DNA of 63,635 nucleotides from an uncultured Muribaculaceae bacterium (GTDB lineage Bacteria; Bacillota_I; Bacilli_A; RF39; UBA660): NCBI GenBank assembly GCA_964548815.1, contig CAZJSD010000001.1, positions 1 to 63,635 of the forward strand, read 5' to 3'. Shown piece by piece: positions 56,185 to 63,635 of this stretch (position 1 is its first letter; each line of letters starts with the position of its first letter). The notes under the pieces were generated by a model. It saw only the letters and a program-made list of their open reading frames with translations, ran no database searches and was not told where the DNA came from. The position numbers and the translations under genes were made by a program.

Positions 56185-57654
56185 ATGATTAAAAGAGCGA
56201 TGCTCGCAGTAAGTAGAAGAAAGGTAAAAAGTGTTATATTTTTGGTATTTTTATTTGTAGTTTCTAGTTTAGTTTTATGTTCAATATCTATAAAGAATGC
56301 TACAAATAAATCTATGGAAAATGTAAAAAAATCACTTAGTTCAAAAGTAACATTATCACAAGATATGTCTAAACTAAGAGAACAATTTGAAAAAAACAGA
56401 CCTGAACAAGGGGGAGAGAATTTTTCGTTTGAGGATAGAAAATCTAATCTAAATGATATGCATGATAAGATGAACGAAAATTCTGCTAAAAAGAGTGATG
56501 TTGATAAAATTTCAAGCATCAAATATGTAACTGATGTTAAATACATGGTTACGGTAACAGGCACTGAAGATGGTTTCTCATTATATGAAAAAGAATCATC
56601 AAGCAATGAGAGTAATAATGAATTTCCTAATATGCCAAGTATGGATAAAATGAATAATAATGGTCTAGATATAGAAGGTATTAATACATTTAAACTTCAA
56701 GATGATTATGTATCTGGTAATATAGAATTAGTAGAAGGTAAAGCATTTGAAGAAGAGGATGATGATAAAGTTATTATTTCTTATGAACTAGCAACAACAA
56801 ATGATTTAGCAGTAGGAGATAAAATAAAAGTAAAAGATTCTTCAGGAGAATCACATGAACTTGAAATAATAGGTATATATCAATATAAAAATAATAATCC
56901 AAGAACAAATTATAATAAAATATACATAAATATAAATACCGCAACTAAGTTTATGACTGATACTGAATATAATAATGGAAACTATAGTGTAGAAGGAGTG
57001 ACTTTCTATTTAGATAATCCAGATAATTCAGATAAGTTTATTAAAGAAGCAAATAAGAAAGTAACTGATCTTGAAGATAGAAATCTAGTACTTGATATAG
57101 ATACAGAAACATATGAAAGAATGGTATCTAGTTTAGAAGGTGTTAATAAATTCTCTAGTATAGTATTAGGTGTTGTTATCGCTGCGTCTATTGTAGTAAT
57201 AAGTTTGATGGTAATTAATACTATTAAAGATAGAAATTATGAAATAGGAGTATTACTATCATTTGGTGAAAAGAAAAGTAAAATTATAGGTCAATTCATA
57301 ATTGAATTAGTAATAATCGCAACAACTGGATTTATATTATCAATAGGAACAGCTAAAATAGCAAGTCAAAAACTTGCGGATATGATTATAAAAAACCAAG
57401 AGACACAATCTGAAACTAATGAAAAATTTTCTAGAGGTGATAGAGGTTTTGGAATGATGCCTGGTAATTCACCTATGAAAAATAGTAAAACTAAAAATGT
57501 AAAAGTAGTAGATGAAGTTAATGTAGATACAAGCATAAAAGATATAATTATATTATTTGGATTAGGATATATCATAATAATAAGTTCAATGGTAATTCCA
57601 AGTATAAAAATACTTAATACTGATCCAAAGAGTATATTAACAGGAAAGGAGTAG
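56185..57654 (+). CDS. FtsX/MacB-type ABC transporter permease
   Basis: GAGGAGATGA RBS before MIKRAML; one TM, a large extracytoplasmic domain and three C-terminal TM segments. Confidence 0.85.
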   Translation: MIKRAMLAVSRRKVKSVIFLVFLFVVSSLVLCSISIKNATNKSMENVKKSLSSKVTLSQDMSKLREQFEKNRPEQGGENFSFEDRKSNLNDMHDKMNENSAKKSDVDKISSIKYVTDVKYMVTVTGTEDGFSLYEKESSSNESNNEFPNMPSMDKMNNNGLDIEGINTFKLQDDYVSGNIELVEGKAFEEEDDDKVIISYELATTNDLAVGDKIKVKDSSGESHELEIIGIYQYKNNNPRTNYNKIYININTATKFMTDTEYNNGNYSVEGVTFYLDNPDNSDKFIKEANKKVTDLEDRNLVLDIDTETYERMVSSLEGVNKFSSIVLGVVIAASIVVISLMVINTIKDRNYEIGVLLSFGEKKSKIIGQFIIELVIIATTGFILSIGTAKIASQKLADMIIKNQETQSETNEKFSRGDRGFGMMPGNSPMKNSKTKNVKVVDEVNVDTSIKDIIILFGLGYIIIISSMVIPSIKILNTDPKSILTGKE

Positions 57655-57658
57655 TTTT

Positions 57659-58315
57659 ATGAATAAATTAGAAGTAAAAAACTTATCTCATTCTTATATA
57701 GATGGAATGAAAAAGAAAAAAGTATTAAAAGATATAAATGTAACTTTTGAAAGTGGTAAGTTCTATGCAATACTAGGTGAATCTGGTTCTGGTAAAACTA
57801 CATTTCTTTCAATAATGGCAGGTTTATTAAATAGAGAAGAAGGAGAAATACTATTTAACGGAGAAGATATTAAGAAAAAAGGTCTTAATAATTATAGATT
57901 AACAAAAGTAGGAATAATATTTCAAAACTATAATCTAATTCCATATATGACTGCGAAAGAAAATGTAGAAACATTAATGGATATTAGAAAGAACAAAGAA
58001 AAAAACAAAATATATGGTTATCTAAAACAAGTTGGAATAGATAAAGAAACTGCAGATAGAAATGTATTAAAATTATCTGGTGGAGAACAGCAAAGAGTCG
58101 CAATCGCAAGATGTTTATCTTGTAACATACCAATAATACTCGCAGATGAACCAACTGGTAATCTAGACGAAGAAAATGAAGAAAATATAATAAAAATATT
58201 TAATGAATTAAAGAAAGATAAAATAGTAATAGTAGTAACTCATTCATCTAGAATTGCTAAAAAGGCAGATATAGTATATGAACTTAAAAAGGGAGTGTTA
58301 ATTGAAAAAAAATAA
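57659..58315 (+). CDS. ABC transporter ATP-binding protein
   Basis: GESGSGKTT, LSGGEQQRVAIAR, ILADEPTGNLD. Confidence 0.92.
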   Translation: MNKLEVKNLSHSYIDGMKKKKVLKDINVTFESGKFYAILGESGSGKTTFLSIMAGLLNREEGEILFNGEDIKKKGLNNYRLTKVGIIFQNYNLIPYMTAKENVETLMDIRKNKEKNKIYGYLKQVGIDKETADRNVLKLSGGEQQRVAIARCLSCNIPIILADEPTGNLDEENEENIIKIFNELKKDKIVIVVTHSSRIAKKADIVYELKKGVLIEKK

Positions 58316-58350
58316 AAAATAATATATTATATAAATAAGTAGGTGATATT

Positions 58351-59010
58351 ATGTATTCTATATGTTTAGTAGAAGATGAAAAATCTCTTCAAGAACTATT
58401 AAAAACATATTTAGAAAAAGAAGGTTATAAAGTAAATACTTTTTCTAAAGGATCAGATGTTATAACTGAAATAGAAAAAAATATTAAATATGATATATAT
58501 ATATTAGATATAATGCTAGAAGATGATATAACTGGTTATGATATTATTAAAAAAATAAGAGAAGTAAATGAAGAAGTACCAATTATATTTAGTTCTGCTA
58601 GAGATGAATCTATAGATAAAATAATGGGATTAGAAATGGGGTCAGATGATTATATTTCTAAACCATATTCACCTAAAGAATTAGTACTAAGAGTAAATAA
58701 GATTATAAGAAGAACATACAAAAACGATTATAATAATATGGTATATAATGACTATAAAATAGATTTAGAAAAGAGAACTGTTTCTAAAGAAGATAAGGTA
58801 ATAGATTTAACAACTTTAGAATTTGATCTATTAGTGTTTTTTATGAAAAATAAAAATAAACCAATAACAAGAGATACTATATTAAATGAAATATGGGGAC
58901 AAGATTATTATGGTAGTGATAGAGTAGTAGATGATTTAATTAGAAGATTAAGAAAAAAAATAAATATAGATATTAATACTATATATGGTTATGGGTATAG
59001 ATTAGTATGA
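58351..59010 (+). CDS. OmpR-family response regulator
   Basis: Receiver domain with ILDIML Asp site; winged-helix C-terminus ...YGYGYRL. Confidence 0.92.
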   Translation: MYSICLVEDEKSLQELLKTYLEKEGYKVNTFSKGSDVITEIEKNIKYDIYILDIMLEDDITGYDIIKKIREVNEEVPIIFSSARDESIDKIMGLEMGSDDYISKPYSPKELVLRVNKIIRRTYKNDYNNMVYNDYKIDLEKRTVSKEDKVIDLTTLEFDLLVFFMKNKNKPITRDTILNEIWGQDYYGSDRVVDDLIRRLRKKINIDINTIYGYGYRLV

Positions 59011-60263
59011 AGAAATTAAATTTATCAAAACAATTAATAATAATTACTCTATTCTCACTAGTATTAATGATTACGTTATTAATATTAGTATTGCCTAAAG
59101 CTCTAGAACCATATTTTGAACAAAACGTATATACATATTTAGATAAACCATTAGAAGTAATGCTTAATGATAAAGAAATGAAAACATTAGAAAATATTGT
59201 ATACATAAATAAAGAAAATAATGAGTTACATGTAACTCCTAACTATAAAGAAGTAATTGATATAGATGATATTAATATATTATTAAAATATATTAATAAT
59301 CCAAGAGGTAAGTTTAAATATAAAGGTAAAACATATTACTATTCAACTATTAGAGGTAGAGATAGTAAAGGTATTGCGATAACAAATGATTATTATATTA
59401 AAAATCTTAGAAAAAATATATTATTTGTAACTATTCCAATAGTAAGTATAATATTCGTAATAATATTAGTATTATTACTATGTTGGAGTAATTACTTAGT
59501 AAATAGAATAAAGAAACTAAAGTTAAAAATTAATAATTTTAATGATCCTGATTTTGATGTAGTAGATAATAAATATGAATTAGATGATGAATTAAAGTTA
59601 TTAGATGAAACAATAGATGAAATGAAGGATATGATCCTTTCTAAAGAAAAATATGAAAGAGAAATGTATCAAAACATATCTCATGATTTTAAAACACCTA
59701 TAATGGTAGTTAAATCATATATAGAAGCATATAGAGATAAAATAGAAACAGCGGATAATACTATTAATATTACTGAAGAAGAAATGAATAAGTTAGAAAA
59801 GAAAGTTAAAAAGTTATTAGAACTTAATAAAGCAACTTATCTAAAAAGTAATAAAGAAATAACTGAGACAATAGATATTATTCCTTTAATAAAAGATAAA
59901 ATAAAAAAATATAAAGTAATTAATAAAGATTTAAATTATAAAATAAATTTAAATTATAAAGAAAAAATAAATGGTAATTTAGAAATATGGGATTCTATAT
60001 TAGATAATCTATTAAGTAATATGGTTAGATACGCAAATAAAGAGATAATAATTAGTATAAATAAAGATATTATAGTTTTCTATAATGATGGAGAACATAT
60101 AAAGGAATCTATGTTAAATAAAATATTTGATTCATATGTAAAAGGAAAAGATGGAGAACATGGATTAGGTTTGTCTATCGTTAAAAAGAATGTAGAATTA
60201 ATAGGTTATAAAATAATTGCGTCTAATAAAAAAGTAGGCGTAGAGTTTACAATAGAAAAGTAG
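59007..60263 (+). CDS. sensor histidine kinase
   Basis: Two TM segments flanking a ~120-aa external loop; H-box ISHDFKTPI; G-box GLGLSIVK; ATGA overlap with the regulator. Confidence 0.88.
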   Translation: MKKLNLSKQLIIITLFSLVLMITLLILVLPKALEPYFEQNVYTYLDKPLEVMLNDKEMKTLENIVYINKENNELHVTPNYKEVIDIDDINILLKYINNPRGKFKYKGKTYYYSTIRGRDSKGIAITNDYYIKNLRKNILFVTIPIVSIIFVIILVLLLCWSNYLVNRIKKLKLKINNFNDPDFDVVDNKYELDDELKLLDETIDEMKDMILSKEKYEREMYQNISHDFKTPIMVVKSYIEAYRDKIETADNTINITEEEMNKLEKKVKKLLELNKATYLKSNKEITETIDIIPLIKDKIKKYKVINKDLNYKINLNYKEKINGNLEIWDSILDNLLSNMVRYANKEIIISINKDIIVFYNDGEHIKESMLNKIFDSYVKGKDGEHGLGLSIVKKNVELIGYKIIASNKKVGVEFTIEK

Positions 60264-60310
60264 AAATACTTTTCTTTTTTTATATTTAGACTTATAATTA
60301 AATAAAGTAG

Positions 60311-61372
60311 GTGATGTGTATTAATGAATTATTAAATCACTTTAAGAGTAAAAATCTAAAAACAGGGTATTTATATTTTTATATTCACTTTATAGTGGAA
60401 GTAGTGTGTTTCTTTTATTTATCAAGAGTAACAAGCAATTCATATTTTGTTTGGTTAATACCTTTTATATATGATGGGGTAGCATTTGTTCCACAAAGTA
60501 TAATAGGATATATATCCGATAAATATCCTAAGATAAATATGGGGATTATAGGAGTAGTGCTATTGATAATAGCATATTTAATATATGGATTAACCGATAT
60601 ATCAGTATATGTATCATTGATTATTCTTTGTTTAGGTAATGCATTTTTACATGTTGCGGGTGCTGAAACTACATTAAAAACTTCAGATGGAAAGTTAAGC
60701 CCAGCTGCTATATTTGTAGCTGGTGGATCATTTGGTGTAGTATCAGGTAGATTACTCGCAAGAACCAGTATTAATCCATTATTATTAATAATACCGATAT
60801 TAACAATAATACCATTTGTATTATTATCTGATACTTATATTAATAAAGAAAGTAACACAAATAAGTTTAATTTTGTTAAAGATAATATTAATAAAGAATT
60901 AGTAATTTTAATTGCAGTATTAGTAGTTATAATAAGAGGATATATGGGATATGGAATACCTACATCATGGAATAAGACTACAACTCAACTGATTATATTC
61001 TTCTTTACTATGGGTATAGGTAAAGCATTAGGAGGAATATTATCAGATTTAATAGGTATTAGAAAGACTGCAATATTTTCTACATTACTCGCAATACCAT
61101 TTTTATGTTTTGGTGATAATATAATGTTAGTATCTTTAATAGGAGTTATGCTATTTTCTATGACTATGGCAATAACTTTAGGCATATTAGTGTCAGTATT
61201 AAAGAAGAATCCAGGACTTGCTTTTGGTCTAACTACAATAGGGTTATTCTTAGGTACTGCGCCGATATTCTTTATTAAACTTAGTTACATAGGAAATATA
61301 ATTATTATAATTAGTATGTCCATCCTTTGTGCTGTTGCATTAGGTAGTGTATTAAAGGAGGATAAAAAATGA
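60311..61372 (+). CDS. polytopic membrane protein (about 10 TM), transporter-like
   Basis: 353 aa, hydrophobic throughout; no family assigned. Confidence 0.6.
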   Translation: MMCINELLNHFKSKNLKTGYLYFYIHFIVEVVCFFYLSRVTSNSYFVWLIPFIYDGVAFVPQSIIGYISDKYPKINMGIIGVVLLIIAYLIYGLTDISVYVSLIILCLGNAFLHVAGAETTLKTSDGKLSPAAIFVAGGSFGVVSGRLLARTSINPLLLIIPILTIIPFVLLSDTYINKESNTNKFNFVKDNINKELVILIAVLVVIIRGYMGYGIPTSWNKTTTQLIIFFFTMGIGKALGGILSDLIGIRKTAIFSTLLAIPFLCFGDNIMLVSLIGVMLFSMTMAITLGILVSVLKKNPGLAFGLTTIGLFLGTAPIFFIKLSYIGNIIIIISMSILCAVALGSVLKEDKK

Positions 61373-61503
61373 ATTATATATTTGATATAAATTATATAAA
61401 AGGTAATGAATTACTATTTTGGATATATGTATTATCAATGTTACTCATAATTATCATAACCATTATATTTGTTAAAAGGGCATTAAAAGATGAGCATAAA
61501 TGA
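61369..61503 (+). CDS. possible 44-aa single-TM peptide
   Basis: ATGA overlap with the preceding stop; below the ORF-track cut-off. Confidence 0.35.
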   Translation: MNYIFDINYIKGNELLFWIYVLSMLLIIIITIIFVKRALKDEHK

Positions 61504-61843
61504 TTTGCCTATAATAATGGCAAGATGTCTTATATTAACAATAATAATAGAAGTAATAGTAGGTATAATATTAGGAATAAGAAATAAAAAAGACATATTA
61601 AATGTTATATTAGTTAATGTAGTAACAAATCCAATAGTTGTATCTTTTCCAATACTTATTTATTTGTTATTTGGTTATAATTATGAAATGTTATCTTTAT
61701 ATATATTAGAAATAGTAACATTATTTGTTGAAGGATTTATATATAAGAAAGTATTAATTTATAAAAAAACAAATCCATTTTTAATATCATTAATATTAAA
61801 TTTATCATCTTATTTGATTGGTGAATTAATAAATTATTTATGA
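61490..61843 (+). CDS. small membrane protein (117 aa, four TM)
   Basis: Overlaps its neighbours within the same operon. Confidence 0.55.
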   Translation: MSINDLPIIMARCLILTIIIEVIVGIILGIRNKKDILNVILVNVVTNPIVVSFPILIYLLFGYNYEMLSLYILEIVTLFVEGFIYKKVLIYKKTNPFLISLILNLSSYLIGELINYL

Positions 61844-61856
61844 AAGGAGAATAGAT

Positions 61857-62006
61857 ATGTTTAATTTTTTAGATGTAGCAGGACCAGTAACTACACAAGA
61901 ACGTTTATTTGATCCAATTGTATTAATAGGATTAATAGTATGCGTAATTGTATTGTTTGTAGCAATTATAGTAGTTATGAATAAAAATAAAAATAAAAAG
62001 AAATAG
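61857..62006 (+). CDS. possible 49-aa single-TM peptide
   Basis: AAAGGAGA RBS; TM helix followed by a Lys/Asn tail. Confidence 0.35.
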   Translation: MFNFLDVAGPVTTQERLFDPIVLIGLIVCVIVLFVAIIVVMNKNKNKKK

Positions 62007-62015
62007 GAGAAAAAA

Positions 62016-63287
62016 ATGAAAAATCTAAAGAAAATATTAATATTATTAATTTTATTTATACCTATATTTGTAAATGCAGATATGGGTGCACCAGTGTTAA
62101 GGGAGTTTGAGATAGTTGTAGTAAATCCAAATGGTGTAGATTATACTCCTTATCAATATAGTGATGTAGCAGATCCACATTTGGCAAAAGATACTATTGT
62201 ATATGTTAAAGCTGAATATAATGGAACATATGAAATTGGAGTAAAAGATTCAGATACAATTATTTCAATTGGTACAATTGATTCATTAGATGGCTTTAGT
62301 ATAGTACAAGAAGAAGTTGATCCGACTAAAACTGAAAATGATAAGAGCATTATAAAATATGATTCAAAGCAAAAAGCAGTTGTAAATAATGAAAACGGAG
62401 TAGATATCCTTCAAGGACCATCTACAGTTTATAAAAAAGTAGGGACTATAAAAAAAGGTACTGAATTAGAATATGAATATGCAATTAAAGGTGAAACTGG
62501 AATTACATATATTTATGTAACATATGATGGTAAAAAAGGTTGGGTAGATTTATTAAATGAAAATGTATTAATAAGTAATAATGAGCAATATATATTTAGA
62601 AATGATGTATCTACATCTTGTGGAACAATACCAAAGAATACAATAACTACACCAAATTATAGAACAGATTCATGGTCTAGAAAAGCATTATTTGAATATA
62701 ATGATTGTAAAGTATTATTAGATATATTTAGATCAGAGGATGTATTATTGGTAACTCCAGGTACTCAGGATTGGCCAAGTAACTATAAAACATTAAAGGA
62801 TGTTAATGTTTATGAAACAGCTGATACATCTAGTAAATTAGTTGGTACTATACCAGCAGGGGCAGAGGTAGTAATGCTTGCGTGTGTTGATGAAATGACT
62901 AGTGATGTCAACGTTCAATATATTGATTATAATGGAATGAGAGGATGGTCTGTTGGCAACCCAAGTGAAATGTACGAACACGTTGGGGGAACTTTAAAAG
63001 ATATTAAAGTTGAAGATACATTAAAACTAAAAGCAAATACTGATGAAAAGAAAGTGGAAGTAAAGAAAGATTATAACAAGAATAATAATTCTAAAATATT
63101 AGGCTTAAGTTCAAAAGAATTTGTTATAGTTTGTGCAGCAGCGGGAGTACTATTATCTTTAACAGCAATAGTAATTATAGTATTAATAAATAAAAAGAAA
63201 AATTCAAAGAAAAATAGAATAGATGAAGAAAAAAAGGTTGTTGAAGAAGTAAAAGAAACAGCAAATAATAATAATATAGAGGAGTAG
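62016..63287 (+). CDS. secreted, C-terminally anchored protein with SH3b-like domains
   Basis: Signal peptide; two segments ...VDILQGPSTVYKKVGTIKKGTELEY...KGWVD and ...VNVYETADTSSKLVGTIPAGAEVV...RGWS; TM segment near the C-terminus. Confidence 0.7.
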   Translation: MKNLKKILILLILFIPIFVNADMGAPVLREFEIVVVNPNGVDYTPYQYSDVADPHLAKDTIVYVKAEYNGTYEIGVKDSDTIISIGTIDSLDGFSIVQEEVDPTKTENDKSIIKYDSKQKAVVNNENGVDILQGPSTVYKKVGTIKKGTELEYEYAIKGETGITYIYVTYDGKKGWVDLLNENVLISNNEQYIFRNDVSTSCGTIPKNTITTPNYRTDSWSRKALFEYNDCKVLLDIFRSEDVLLVTPGTQDWPSNYKTLKDVNVYETADTSSKLVGTIPAGAEVVMLACVDEMTSDVNVQYIDYNGMRGWSVGNPSEMYEHVGGTLKDIKVEDTLKLKANTDEKKVEVKKDYNKNNNSKILGLSSKEFVIVCAAAGVLLSLTAIVIIVLINKKKNSKKNRIDEEKKVVEEVKETANNNNIEE

Positions 63288-63311
63288 GTATTAATACCTA
63301 TTTTTCTTTTT
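63285..63311 (+). terminator. rho-independent terminator
   Basis: TAGGTATTAATACCTA palindrome followed by TTTTTCTTTTT. Confidence 0.7.
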
Positions 63312-63342
63312 GTAAAAAAATGTAAAAAAAATAAAAAAAGTG

Positions 63343-63371
63343 TTGATTTTAAAAGGAAAGATTGCTATAAT
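63343..63371 (+). promoter_or_regulatory. near-consensus sigma-A promoter of the S10 ribosomal protein operon
   Basis: TTGATT, 17 nt, TATAAT; about 140 nt upstream of rpsJ. Confidence 0.55.
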
Positions 63372-63511
63372 TGTTTATGTGTGACTGGCTAGGATGTGCA
63401 AGGTTGCTGATACACCAGGATAAGTTGCTATTTATAATATAGTTAAAATGGTATTTCAGGTTTTTGCGCGGAGCAAGTCTATACAAGATATAGGCGAAGG
63501 GAGGATTAATG

Positions 63512-63635
63512 ATGGCAAATAAAATCCAAATTAATTTAAAAGCATATGATCATAGAACAATAGATCAAGCTGCTTCTAAAATTGTTGAAACTGTTAAAAG
63601 AACAGGTGGAGAAGTAAGTGGACCAATTCCACTAC
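63512..63635 (+). CDS. rpsJ: 30S ribosomal protein S10 (5' partial; runs off the window)
   Basis: [50 protein letters not shown]. Confidence 0.9.
   Translation, partial: MANKIQINLKAYDHRTIDQAASKIVETVKRTGGEVSGPIPL

Overview
This is a strongly AT-rich chromosome segment of Bacillota (Firmicutes) type. I saw no rRNA, tRNA or CRISPR array.

**Left flank (1-9.3 kb).** It holds the conserved rimP-nusA-ylxR-infB-rbfA-truB cluster. A convergent NitT/TauT-type ABC importer operon lies on the minus strand.

**Mobile element (about 9851-46545).** The importer's substrate-binding-protein (SBP) gene is split by a ~36.7-kb integrative conjugative element (ICE). Every credible ICE gene is on the + strand and the last gene is a large serine recombinase. 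The two SBP fragments rejoin in frame across a CCT present at both junctions. The ICE contains:
- parA, parB and a wHTH initiator-like gene
- a thioester-domain adhesin with its own sortase
- an SSB
- a MobC-like gene and a relaxase
- a Gram-positive T4SS: VirD4, VirB6-like, PrgI/VirB3-like, VirB4 and a CHAP hydrolase

**ICE cargo.**
- (i) A small 3-TM protein plus a ThsB-like TIR protein, wedged between mobC and the relaxase gene.
- (ii) A LysR regulator, then a radical-SAM enzyme translationally coupled to a MazG-Nudix fusion.
- (iii) A 32.1-43.3 kb block with an ArpU/sigma-r4-like regulator, two mosaic tail-fibre-like proteins and a 2060-aa RHS/YD toxin without a signal peptide. The same block carries a lipoprotein immunity candidate, a holin and a GH25/LysM endolysin.
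- (iv) A sigma-r4-like protein and the recombinase.

**Right flank.** It holds pcrA, a nucleotidyltransferase, a coiled-coil protein and ligA. A second thioester adhesin/sortase pair and a MacB/FtsX-type ABC exporter with an OmpR/HK two-component system follow. The window ends with a membrane-protein operon ending in an SH3b protein, then the promoter, leader and first 41 codons of rpsJ.

**Best candidates for something new.**
- The phage-derived, PaLoc-like RHS toxin release module.
- The orphan TIR plus 3-TM pair.
- The radical-SAM/MazG-Nudix operon.
- Several long-range repeats and shared upstream motifs that tie these cargo units to ICE control.

All functional calls rest on motifs read by eye. 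No database search was run.
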